Source: Candidatus Nanohaloarchaea archaeon (GTDB taxonomy: Archaea; Nanohalarchaeota; Nanosalinia; Nanosalinales; Nanosalinaceae). Taken from it: DNA of 64,000 nucleotides. The stretch is taken from the NCBI GenBank assembly GCA_014297435.1, contig JACOQA010000001.1, forward strand, positions 1 to 64,000, given 5' to 3'. The notes beneath the pieces were generated by a model. That model had not been told where the DNA came from and did not search any database. It was given only the letters and a program-made list of their open reading frames with translations. Shown one piece after another: positions 1-8,833 of the stretch (the stretch's first letter is position 1; each line of letters starts with the position of its first letter). The position numbers were made by a program, and so were the translations under genes.

Positions 1-273
1 GCTATCAGCAAACTTGAAAGTGGAATTCATATCAGTTACTTGGGAGGTACATGCCTTGTATGCATTACTATTGTCAACCATGTCCTCTAAATCACTTTTA
101 TCGCCTGCAACCTCATATGTTACTCCATCCAAAGTCTTAGTTGTACCAGGAGAAACACCGTTGCAGTAAACAGTACCATCCTGCTTGTAGAAGTTGGATT
201 GCTGGGCTGTTCCTAATCCTGTTAGTATTAATGTTGCTGCAATTACTGAGATTATTTTGTATTTTTCTTTCAT
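1..273 (-). CDS. Secreted surface protein, probably BspA/DUF285-type repeat family (partial, runs off the left edge)
   Basis: Not in the ORF track. My translation from the ATG at 273 is open to position 1: MKEKYKIISVIAATLILTGLGTAQQ (signal peptide)...ACTSQVTDMNSTFKFADS. The 'TSxVTDMxxxF' motif is typical of the start of DUF285 repeats. The ATG overlaps the pilin stop (TAATG). Confidence 0.7.
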   Translation of the reverse strand, partial: MKEKYKIISVIAATLILTGLGTAQQSNFYKQDGTVYCNGVSPGTTKTLDGVTYEVAGDKSDLEDMVDNSNAYKACTSQVTDMNSTFKFADS

Positions 274-752
274 TATTGTTTCACCTGGAAGTCTGAGTTT
301 GTCATAGGGCTTGGCACTGAACCACCGGAACTCTGAATGGTTTCTTCTTCAGCTGAAACCGGTAAATTCCGTGAAGATACTTCAACACGGTCAGGCTTTG
401 AAGAAGTATTTAACTCGACAGTAGCGATCCCGTTTTGAGATAAAGAAAAATCAACGTTTCTCTGAACGGGTTTCTCGCCGTAAGCGGTTATAGTAAAGTT
501 ATTCATTTCGGTTTGACCGGAGTTTTGTAAAACGACGGTTATATTACCAGAACCGGAACTGTAACTGGCCTGAGAAATATCTAGTCTTGCCTGTGAAGCG
601 TCCAGAACTGTATCACTGGTATCAGAAACGCTTTGCTGAGTATTATCTAAAAGATCTGGTACCCACTGTGCGAAAATGCTGGCAATAGCCATGGTAAAAG
701 CAATCAGTAAAACAGCCGCAATCAACGGCGAAATACCTTTATGGACGGTCAT
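273..752 (-). CDS. Archaeal type IV pilin-like protein
   Basis: Class III signal peptide KG|ISPLIAAVLLIAFT followed by a hydrophobic helix and a beta-rich C-terminal domain. Confidence 0.85.
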   Translation of the reverse strand: MTVHKGISPLIAAVLLIAFTMAIASIFAQWVPDLLDNTQQSVSDTSDTVLDASQARLDISQASYSSGSGNITVVLQNSGQTEMNNFTITAYGEKPVQRNVDFSLSQNGIATVELNTSSKPDRVEVSSRNLPVSAEEETIQSSGGSVPSPMTNSDFQVKQ

Positions 753-815
753 ACTGGTATTTTATAGGAGGTCGGATATAAACCTTTAATTCATGTTCGT
801 CTTGTGAGATAGAGT

Positions 816-888
816 TGGCAGGGGGAGGATTTGAACCCCCGTCCGTACCGCCCCGGGGTACGATGATAGTCCGCTACACTACCCCGCC
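816..888 (-). tRNA. tRNA-Pro(GGG), with atypical C33
   Basis: The reverse complement folds as a cloverleaf: acceptor GGCGGGG/CCCTGCC-A73, D arm GTGT..TCAT, anticodon stem GTACC/GGTAC with loop CCGGGGC, T arm GGGGG-TTCAAAT-CCTCC. No CCA is encoded. Confidence 0.88.
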
Positions 889-1015
889 TAAACATGCTTA
901 CCTAAATTTCACGGATTCAAGGTTTTAAACCTGACTTTGAGCAGGGTTGTCCGATACTGGATGAAACCACTTGAAGCAAGGCATCGCAGAATTCGCAGGT
1001 GGAGGGGGAAATAAT

Positions 1016-1933
1016 ATGGTTACACCAGAGGAAGTCGGTGCATGCCCGGTCTGTGGAGCTGAAGAGTTTGAAGAAGACAAAACTCTAGGGGAAACAGTCT
1101 GCAGGAACTGTGGAGCAATAATAGAAGAGGATATGGTCGAAGAGGAGGGAGGTCCTCGCGCATTCACACAGGAAGAGAAGAATAAGATTGAACGCACAGG
1201 TGCACCTCTCACGTTCACCAAGCATGACAGAGGGATATCCACACAGATGGGTTCAGGAGGCGCTTTACGGAATGTATCGCCTTCTAAAAGAGGACAGTAT
1301 TACCGTATAAGAAAATGGAACCGCAGGCTTTCAGGATCAAAACCTAGAAACTTGCGTTATGCATTATCCGAGATAAAAACGTTGGTAGATTTAATGAATT
1401 TGCCGAGATCGGTTCACGAGGAGTCTGCCAGACTTTACGAAAAATCATGGGAAGATGAAGCCTTGAAAGGCAGGAAAATCGAAAAGATTGTTGCAGGTAT
1501 TGTCTTCCTTGTTTCGAGGATGCAGGGGGTTCCAAGAACTTTGAAGGAGGTGGCGGATGCTTCGGGTGTTGACAAGAGAGAGGTAGGTAAAAACTACCGT
1601 TACATCGCCAGGAAACTCGACAAACAGGTAATGCCTGCAAGACCTGAAGAGTTTGTCTCCCGTTTCGCAGAGGAACTTGAGCTTCCCGGAGAGGTACAAG
1701 CAAGAGCAAAGAACATAATAGAAGAAGTTCGTGAAAAAGAGATTTTGTCTGGTAGAAGCCCTGAAGGCGTAGTCGCATCAGCCCTATATATAGCGTCAAA
1801 GATCGAAGGTGAAGACCGACCTCAAAAAGATATCGCGGAAACAGTAGGTGTCACGGAGGTAACTATCCGGAAAGGTTACAAGGATTTTGTAGAGGCTTTA
1901 GGGCTGGAGGAAGAAATGGAGGAGGCTAGCTAG
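1016..1933 (+). CDS. tfb: Transcription initiation factor IIB (TFB)
   Basis: Zn ribbon CPVC..CRNC, B-reader 'ERTGAPLTFTKHDRGIST', two cyclin repeats ending 'GVTEVTIRKGYK'. The ATG at 1016 follows a GGAGG SD; the ORF track starts at TTG 971. Confidence 0.95.
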   Translation: MVTPEEVGACPVCGAEEFEEDKTLGETVCRNCGAIIEEDMVEEEGGPRAFTQEEKNKIERTGAPLTFTKHDRGISTQMGSGGALRNVSPSKRGQYYRIRKWNRRLSGSKPRNLRYALSEIKTLVDLMNLPRSVHEESARLYEKSWEDEALKGRKIEKIVAGIVFLVSRMQGVPRTLKEVADASGVDKREVGKNYRYIARKLDKQVMPARPEEFVSRFAEELELPGEVQARAKNIIEEVREKEILSGRSPEGVVASALYIASKIEGEDRPQKDIAETVGVTEVTIRKGYKDFVEALGLEEEMEEAS

Positions 1934-2772
1934 TTCTGTTCTGCGGCGTACTCCAGTACTTTGCCTTGGAACTGTTCGTATCTTTCTTTGAGTTTTCTCT
2001 CAACCTCGTCCTTATTTTTCCAGTTAAATTTCTCGCAAGCTAGGTAGCGTTCTTTCTGAGTCTGTAGGCATCTTGAGTCTGAAACCGTGAAATTACGACC
2101 AGGAAGCAAATTATTCTGATCTGAAGTAACATAGCTGTTTTTTTCCGCGTATTTCTGGCACTTCGATTTCTCAAGAGTTTTTCCCACGTTATAAGGTGTG
2201 TTTGAAGACCATTTTGTTCCTTCGGTGGCGTTAATTTTCATCTCGCAGTTACAGGTTTGTTTTTGTTTTAGTTTGCCGGTTATCTCTATTCTCGGTTTTG
2301 GTATATTTCCTGAATCTGAGAAGAAAGCGCTTATTCCGGATGCACCTTTCATCAAGTCAGAGGCAAGACCTGATTTTTCTTGACATGATCTGAAACTGAC
2401 TGTGCTTCCTGAACCGGTCAAAGTGTTGCTTGAACTTAACTTACCTGAAATCTTCACTGTCTCGCCTACCAGCTTTTGGCTGTTCGACAGCTTATCTATT
2501 GAAACTTGTTTGGGTCCGGAAGTGACAAGAGCTGCAGTTAAAACCACTGCAATCACTAATGTTGTCGCGCTACCGATCTTCAACCAGAACGTCTTGTTCG
2601 ACTTTTTCCCAGGTATTGTTGCTTCCTTTCCACTTCTCTTGACTTTTTCTATCGCTCTATCTATGTCTCGATCCGATATATCTTCATTGGCTAAAACATC
2701 TCTTATCTCTTCGAAACTATAGCCTTCTTCACGCTGTTCACTTATCCATTCTTCTAGCTCTCTTTCATCCAT
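1930..2772 (-). CDS. Single-pass membrane protein with acidic N-terminal helical domain and Cys/Lys-rich outer domain
   Basis: 280-aa ORF with one TM segment (ATTLVIAVVLTAALV). The N-terminus 'LEEWISEQREEGYSFEEIRDVL' resembles a helical module I recall as common in DPANN proteins. Confidence 0.7.
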   Translation of the reverse strand: MDERELEEWISEQREEGYSFEEIRDVLANEDISDRDIDRAIEKVKRSGKEATIPGKKSNKTFWLKIGSATTLVIAVVLTAALVTSGPKQVSIDKLSNSQKLVGETVKISGKLSSSNTLTGSGSTVSFRSCQEKSGLASDLMKGASGISAFFSDSGNIPKPRIEITGKLKQKQTCNCEMKINATEGTKWSSNTPYNVGKTLEKSKCQKYAEKNSYVTSDQNNLLPGRNFTVSDSRCLQTQKERYLACEKFNWKNKDEVERKLKERYEQFQGKVLEYAAEQN

Positions 2773-2816
2773 GCAAAAACCGTTATAGAAACTTTCTTTT
2801 GAATTTAACTTCCCTT

Positions 2817-4721
2817 CTACTTCAGGTCTGACTTGCCTGGCGGCATCGATCTCATGATGTAGTCGAGATCCAGTTTCTCATCGAACTGTTTCCGAATCTT
2901 TTTTGCGATATCTGACTTTTTTTCCCTACCAGGAACTATCTCAACTGCATTACCGCAGTGTTCCTTGACTGCTTCTATTGGTCCGCACATAGGAACGAAT
3001 ACATCATCCTCTATTTCGTAGGATCCTACGCCGGCTTCGACAGAAACGTTCCTGATGTACTCTCTTTCGCCCCGGATAACGAAAGCGCCTTTTGCCAGGT
3101 ATTCGCCTGACTCCGCTTCCTGTGTGACTTGATCAGGTTCAACGTAGTAGACGTCGTCAGCTCCTATACCTGCTTTCCAGGTCTTCGTGAATGTTACTGC
3201 AGCTTTCGCAGCTTCCTGTCTTGTTTTCTCTCCAGCATCCTGACCATCTTTCACTACTACAGATGGCGCTCCATCAAAGTTGGCGTGGAAGTATAGATCG
3301 TTCTTCTCCATATGCTTCTTCACAAGCATCTCGTTGGTCTGAACATCTCTACCCATCAAAACTAGGTGTCCTTCGGAAGATTTGAACCAGCGGTACTTCT
3401 CGAACCATTCTTTTTCTCTCTTCTCTGACTTGTCCTCCATGACTTCGTCGAGATCTATATCCTGTTCTCCCAATTCTTCTAACTGTTCTTCTACGTCTTT
3501 CAGGGCGTTTTTGGCGCTTTCTATCTTGCTTTCCGAATCCTTGGCTTTGTCGTATAGTTCGGAGGCTGTGGCTTCTAAGTCCTGGAATAGGTTGATCTTC
3601 AGGGTTTTATCCCCTACATCGATTGATATGAATTCTTCCTGTTCGTTCATGCCTTTGATTTTCTCGATGTCGCCATGATCTTCTTCACTCTCTTTAGCCT
3701 CCTCTATCTTTCCACGTGTTTCGGGCCATGAATGCTCCTTTATGGCGTTTTCGAACTCGGTCTTCAGTTTTTCAAGTAGCTGGTAGTTTTCGTAGATCGA
3801 TTCAGCATCCTCTCTTTTCTGTTCAGCCGACTTCTTCAGACCTTCAATCTTGCGCTCCATCTGCTTTTTCTGACGTTCCAAACCCTGCTTTTCTTCCTGA
3901 TAGACCTTCCTTCTCTTCCTCTCCTCTTTCCTCTTCTCCCGGCGGTAGAAAAACTCGTCTAGAGCAGTACTAAATAAGTCAAACTCCTCGACTTCCAGAT
4001 TAGAATATTCTTCTAGAGGGAATGGAGAAGCCCTCCTCAACTCTTTTTCGTCCTGGTAAATCCGTGGAGACCGTTCTCCTTCAATTATTTTCTCAATATT
4101 TGAATTAATTCTTTCTACCTCTTCTTCACTTAGCTCCGAGATCTCTGTATGTTTATCGATATCTGCGCGTGAACAGATCTCCTCTGCATAGGTTCCTCCA
4201 AGACTTAGGTCTGATGCAATTCTTCTCACAACTTCGCCTTCTTCCAATTTTTCAACATAATCCTCCATTTCCCTCGGGTCAGGTGCAGGATCCGGGTAAA
4301 CGTACTCTTCTCCGACCTCTATGGTTCTGTCAGCCCACTGCTCCTGCCTCAAAGCGCCGATAATCTTCCCGTCCTTTACCAGAATGAAGTTGCCTTTTCC
4401 GAAGATCTCGCAAATTAGTTTAACATCGCCCGATTTTAACTCGAGAATTCTGTCAAATCCGCGTTGTTTAACCTCGTCAAGTTTGCCGAGATGTTTTCTT
4501 AGCTCCATTGCGAAGCCTGGAGGCTTTGTAGGATTGTCTCTCTTGTACTTGGAAAGAAATGCGTAGCTTGTTCCGATTAGAAGTCTTTTCTTGCCTTCTC
4601 CGCCGATGTAGACCTCGACCGTTAACTCTTTGTCTCTCTGGTAAACTTTCTGGACATGACCTCCCTCTAACTCTCTGAAGTCGTCCATCAATATTGAAAG
4701 ATCGAGGCTTGTAAGTTCCAT
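2817..4721 (-). CDS. rqcH: Ribosome quality-control protein Rqc2/NEMF (NFACT family)
   Basis: NFACT-N 'FAMELRKHL..FDRIL..CEIFGKGNFIL', a coiled coil, and NFACT-R 'WFEKYRWFKSSEGHLVLMGRD', 'GEYLAKGAFVIRG'. Confidence 0.93.
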   Translation of the reverse strand: MELTSLDLSILMDDFRELEGGHVQKVYQRDKELTVEVYIGGEGKKRLLIGTSYAFLSKYKRDNPTKPPGFAMELRKHLGKLDEVKQRGFDRILELKSGDVKLICEIFGKGNFILVKDGKIIGALRQEQWADRTIEVGEEYVYPDPAPDPREMEDYVEKLEEGEVVRRIASDLSLGGTYAEEICSRADIDKHTEISELSEEEVERINSNIEKIIEGERSPRIYQDEKELRRASPFPLEEYSNLEVEEFDLFSTALDEFFYRREKRKEERKRRKVYQEEKQGLERQKKQMERKIEGLKKSAEQKREDAESIYENYQLLEKLKTEFENAIKEHSWPETRGKIEEAKESEEDHGDIEKIKGMNEQEEFISIDVGDKTLKINLFQDLEATASELYDKAKDSESKIESAKNALKDVEEQLEELGEQDIDLDEVMEDKSEKREKEWFEKYRWFKSSEGHLVLMGRDVQTNEMLVKKHMEKNDLYFHANFDGAPSVVVKDGQDAGEKTRQEAAKAAVTFTKTWKAGIGADDVYYVEPDQVTQEAESGEYLAKGAFVIRGEREYIRNVSVEAGVGSYEIEDDVFVPMCGPIEAVKEHCGNAVEIVPGREKKSDIAKKIRKQFDEKLDLDYIMRSMPPGKSDLK

Positions 4722-4760
4722 AACTAAGTCTGTTAAATCAAGTTACAAAAAGGGGTCTTA

Positions 4761-5294
4761 CTAGAACATGTCGACGCCTTCCTGCTCTCCGTCTCTTCCA
4801 GCCTGCTCGTTCTCGAACTGTCGCTTGAACTCATCAAAATCCGAAAGATCGAAGTAGTCTAGGAAGTGATTAGTAACGTCTAGGATGGCGGTTCTACCGT
4901 CTTTCTCCTTGGAGATAAATCCTCTCGATACCATTTCCTTCACGTGCTGGTAGGCTCTGTTACCTCTGATTTCAACGATATCTGTCTGTTCGACAGGTGC
5001 GTTGTAAGCAATAAGGGAAAGTGTTCTAAGCTGTCCTTCGTTGAGGTCTTGATGCGGTGCTAGATGGGAAACATGCTCCAGGTGATCTTTCTTGACCTTT
5101 AGCTCGTATCCTTCAGGCGTTTTAACAAGTTCTAGACCTCTATTATCTTCGTCAAGATCATCACGGAATTCCTCTATAAGCATGTCGACGTAGCCCATAG
5201 AACCTAGGTCTAGTATATCGGCTATTTCATCAGAGTCTACCGGTTCCTCTGCCAAGAAAAGCGCAGCCTCAAGTCTTGATTTCTTGTCTTCCAT
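4761..5294 (-). CDS. scpB: Segregation and condensation protein B (kite subunit)
   Basis: 'LEAALF', 'LRTLSLIAYNAPV..DIVEIRG', 'TNHFLDYFDL'; lies downstream of smc and scpA. Confidence 0.92.
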   Translation of the reverse strand: MEDKKSRLEAALFLAEEPVDSDEIADILDLGSMGYVDMLIEEFRDDLDEDNRGLELVKTPEGYELKVKKDHLEHVSHLAPHQDLNEGQLRTLSLIAYNAPVEQTDIVEIRGNRAYQHVKEMVSRGFISKEKDGRTAILDVTNHFLDYFDLSDFDEFKRQFENEQAGRDGEQEGVDMF

Positions 5295-5326
5295 GTTGAG
5301 AGTTTATTGCCTCCATTAAAAAATAC

Positions 5327-6061
5327 TTAGTTCGCTGCCTTCTCTTCCTCTCGTGGTTTAACTTCAAGTTCTCCTAGCCACTCGTCCTGTATACAGTCAA
5401 CCTTCCTATCATTTTCCAAGTGTAGGACGTGCAGGAACTTCTCTATCTGTTCCTCCTGATCCTTTGATTCGAGCAACTGGTCGAACTTTACCTTTTCTTT
5501 GCTTGAACCGACTAAACCGTTAAGCCTTGAGAAAAGCGAGTTTATCTTCTCGTTCAAAGACTTTTCGTCGATATCAACGGGATCGTCCATTTCCTCTCTA
5601 AGCTCTCTTCGCTCCTCTCTCTTTTCCTTAACTTCCATCGCGTCATCCAGAGCGTCCTTTAATTCATTGAGGCTCATACGTCTTTTTGGCTTAGCTTTTA
5701 CAGGGACTTCCAAGTCCGGTCCTACCTCTAGGTCGGGTTCTTCGTCTTCCTGTATCTCTTCTTCCTCTATCATTTCGTCTTCCTCGAAGTCCATAGGGTT
5801 CTCCGGTTCCTGCTGCTCTTCCTCTTGATAGTCTCCAGCTAAAGCCAAGGTTTTCATCCTGAGTAATGCGGCAGAAATTCTGACGGCCTTTGCAGGAATC
5901 TCTAAATCAAAATCTTCCAGCTCGGAAATATACTCTCGGTATCTGTCGGTAAGAAGGCATATATCTATGTTCTCGGGGTTCATGTCCGCGGTAAGAACTT
6001 CTAAAGTCTCTTCCCAAGGTTGTTCTGCGAGGGTCTCAGTATCTATTTCCAAATTTTCCAT
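5327..6061 (-). CDS. scpA: Segregation and condensation protein A (kleisin)
   Basis: 'MNPENIDICLLTDRY', 'AALLRMKT', C-terminal winged helix 'FLHVLHLEN..CIQDEWLGEL'; lies between smc and scpB. Confidence 0.9.
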   Translation of the reverse strand: MENLEIDTETLAEQPWEETLEVLTADMNPENIDICLLTDRYREYISELEDFDLEIPAKAVRISAALLRMKTLALAGDYQEEEQQEPENPMDFEEDEMIEEEEIQEDEEPDLEVGPDLEVPVKAKPKRRMSLNELKDALDDAMEVKEKREERRELREEMDDPVDIDEKSLNEKINSLFSRLNGLVGSSKEKVKFDQLLESKDQEEQIEKFLHVLHLENDRKVDCIQDEWLGELEVKPREEEKAAN

Positions 6062-6133
6062 TCTTTATCATCCTTTACTCCCTCACTCCCCATTGAATTG
6101 TTAGAACGCGTTTCTTTTAACTTTTCAGGTGGT

Positions 6134-8731
6134 CTAGGCATCGAGTTCGATGCTTCTCATTTTTGATACACCTTCCTGCATAGAAACGCCATAAGCTCTC
6201 TCAGCGTGTCTTACAGTAATTTCGTTGTGGCTGATAACTATGAACTGGTTGCCTTCCGCATAATCCTTAAGTAGTTCGGACAGCTTCTTTGAGTTCGATT
6301 TGTCTAATGCTGCATCGATCTCGTCCATGATGTAGAAAGGGCTTTCCTCATACTCTAAAATTGCGAATACGAAAGCAATTGCAGTCAATGTTTTTTCTCC
6401 GCCCGATAAGGCCTGGATGATGTGTGGTTCTTTCTTCGGAGGTGCCGCCCTGATCTTCAAGCCTTTCTCGATATTATCTTCCTCTAGTTCAAGTTCTGCG
6501 TTTCCTCCGTCGAATAACTGTGTAAAGATCCTTGAGAAGCTCTCCTGTAGCTGTTCAAGTGTTTCCATGAAGCATTCTCGTTTCTTCTTATCGATCTCGT
6601 TGATCAGGTCCTCGATCTCAAGTTTTTCCTGCCTTATCTCGGATACACGTTCTTTGAAGTCGTCGAAGTCTTCTTTCTTTCTCTTGTATTCGTCTATCGC
6701 CCTCATGTTGACAGGACCCATCGAGTTCTGTTTCCTAAGTACTTTCTTCTTTTTCTTCTTCAGATCTTCAGGACTAGAGTCCAACCCGATGAGTTCGTCC
6801 TCATCGAAATCATACTCTTGTTCGTCCTCTTCGATATTGTCAAGCTCGGCCTTGAGACGGGCTTTCTTCGAGCCTACATCATCAATTTTGGTTTCAAGTC
6901 TTTGCTGTTCGCTGTACTTTTCCTGCCTTTCCTCTCTCAGATCTCTTAAATCTTCTCTTATCTGTTTTTTCTCGTCTTTTAGATCATCGTCAGTCTCTTC
7001 CTCGTTCTCCTTGTTCTTCTTCATCTCCTTCAGTTCGGCAACATCTTTCTGAAGTTTTTCTATCTCTTTCTCAACTTCTTTCTTCTCATTTTTCTTCTTG
7101 TCGGGGTCAAGCGACTTTGAAAGCTTTTTAGTGTCGCTGCTTCGTTTCTTCTTCTTTTTACCTCCGGACATAGCTCCGCCGCGTGACATAACGTCGCCGT
7201 CAAGCGTCACAACTCTTACGCCGTCAATATTCTTAACGGATTCCAGGTCTTCGGCGATTAACGTGTCCGAGAAGACATGGTTGATCGCTTTCTCATACTC
7301 GTCGTTGTAATTTACCAGGTTCGAAGCGTAATCAATCACACCTTTCTTCTTTTTCGCCATCTTCGATTTGGCGCTTTTAGAACGATCCTTAATCTTGTCA
7401 AGAGGAAGCATCCGCGCTCTTCCGATATTCTCTCTTTTCAGATAATTAATTGCGTCGACAGCAGTATTTCTATCTTCAACCACAACATCCTTCATGTGTC
7501 CTCCTGCCGCCGTATCGATCGCGATGGAGAAACGGTCATCTGCTGAAATCAGGTCCTGGAATGCCCCGATAATCTTATCGTTGTCCATAGAAAGAACGGC
7601 GTCAACAGCCCGTGAACCTGTGTTCTGTCTTTTCTGCATTTTTTGAAGGTCTTCGATCTGTTCCTTGAGATCTTCAAGCTTGTCTTTCTTGTTCTCTATC
7701 TTTCCGCGCTTCTTCTCGATACGGTTCTCAAGGTGCTGTACATCAGAGGTGCCTTGGGACTGGTTCTCCTCTATCTCGTCAATTCTGTCCTGTTTCTCAT
7801 CTATTTCGTTATCAATTTTTTCGAGCTGTTCTTCCAGTTCATCGATCTGCTCTTTCTTCTCTGAAGTATCGGTATTGATGTTTGCAAGTTGGTTGGAGAG
7901 CGCACGTTTTCTTACTTCTAGTATTGATGCCTCCAGCTTTTCTTTCCGTTCTTCAAGTTCGCGGTACTGGAGAGCAAGCTCTTTATCCTCTTTCAGTTTC
8001 TCCAGCTGTTCCTTCTTTTCCTCTAGAAGTATTTCTTGTTCTTGAAGCTTTGATTCGACCTCTTCAAGCTCTTCTTCGGCCTCATCCTTCTTTTCGTCGA
8101 AGACTGCGACCCCTGAGAGCTCATCAACAACCTTTCTTCTTTCAATTTCTGACTGTTCTACGATCTCTGTAACTTTTCCCTGGCGTACGAAGTGGTAGCC
8201 TTCAGGATCAATATTTGCTTTCTGAGCGATCTCATCTATCTTAGATTTTTTGCAGTTGGAGCCCTGGAACTTGTAGATAGAGCTACCGGCTTGAGTCACT
8301 TTTCTAGCAACTTTGATTTCCTCTGCCTCATCCTCTTCTTCAAGAAACTCGTCAAAAATTCCGGAGGAATTATCAAGATAGATTGATACCTTAGCGTAAT
8401 CAGCTTCTTTCCGGTTCTCGCCACCGTTAAATATTAGCTGTGTTAATTTCTCGGCTCTTAGGTTAGAAGAACGTCTTCCAAATATGAAACTAATGCCGTC
8501 AATTATGTTCGACTTACCATTACCATTCTCTCCGACTATAGCGGTCAGTCCTTCGTAGAATGGTACTGCAGTCTTCTGCTGGAACGACTTAAATCCTTTC
8601 GAGGTCACTTTGTTTATCTTTGTCGAGCCGTTTACTTTCTCCTCCTCTATCTTTTCTTCCATCTCCTCGAGTTCCTGTTTCTCTTCCTCGAGGTCTATAT
8701 CGTTAGATTCCTGCGCCACAGCCTCTGTCAT
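6134..8731 (-). CDS. smc: Chromosome segregation protein SMC, unusually short coiled-coil arms
   Basis: GFKSF, Walker A GENGNGKSN, hinge 'YLKRENIGRARMLPL..VTLDGD..GGAMSGG', signature LSGGEK, Walker B/D-loop IMDEIDAALD, ISH. Likely start MTEAV at 8731. Confidence 0.95.
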   Translation of the reverse strand: MTEAVAQESNDIDLEEEKQELEEMEEKIEEEKVNGSTKINKVTSKGFKSFQQKTAVPFYEGLTAIVGENGNGKSNIIDGISFIFGRRSSNLRAEKLTQLIFNGGENRKEADYAKVSIYLDNSSGIFDEFLEEEDEAEEIKVARKVTQAGSSIYKFQGSNCKKSKIDEIAQKANIDPEGYHFVRQGKVTEIVEQSEIERRKVVDELSGVAVFDEKKDEAEEELEEVESKLQEQEILLEEKKEQLEKLKEDKELALQYRELEERKEKLEASILEVRKRALSNQLANINTDTSEKKEQIDELEEQLEKIDNEIDEKQDRIDEIEENQSQGTSDVQHLENRIEKKRGKIENKKDKLEDLKEQIEDLQKMQKRQNTGSRAVDAVLSMDNDKIIGAFQDLISADDRFSIAIDTAAGGHMKDVVVEDRNTAVDAINYLKRENIGRARMLPLDKIKDRSKSAKSKMAKKKKGVIDYASNLVNYNDEYEKAINHVFSDTLIAEDLESVKNIDGVRVVTLDGDVMSRGGAMSGGKKKKKRSSDTKKLSKSLDPDKKKNEKKEVEKEIEKLQKDVAELKEMKKNKENEEETDDDLKDEKKQIREDLRDLREERQEKYSEQQRLETKIDDVGSKKARLKAELDNIEEDEQEYDFDEDELIGLDSSPEDLKKKKKKVLRKQNSMGPVNMRAIDEYKRKKEDFDDFKERVSEIRQEKLEIEDLINEIDKKKRECFMETLEQLQESFSRIFTQLFDGGNAELELEEDNIEKGLKIRAAPPKKEPHIIQALSGGEKTLTAIAFVFAILEYEESPFYIMDEIDAALDKSNSKKLSELLKDYAEGNQFIVISHNEITVRHAERAYGVSMQEGVSKMRSIELDA

Positions 8732-8833
8732 CGCTGAAAAAGGTTTGAACTGGCAGGAATAAAAAGGCTGTTGAACCACGGTCTCAGGGTAAAAAAGAAG
8801 GTTAAATGGGGGTGGCAGCTTGAAATCAAACTT

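Noticed and set aside
6417-8386. Numerous Ser/Phe/Leu-rich ORFs antisense to smc and other genes throughout the window
   Set aside because: These are shadow ORFs produced by GAA/GAG/AAG-rich codons on the coding strand.
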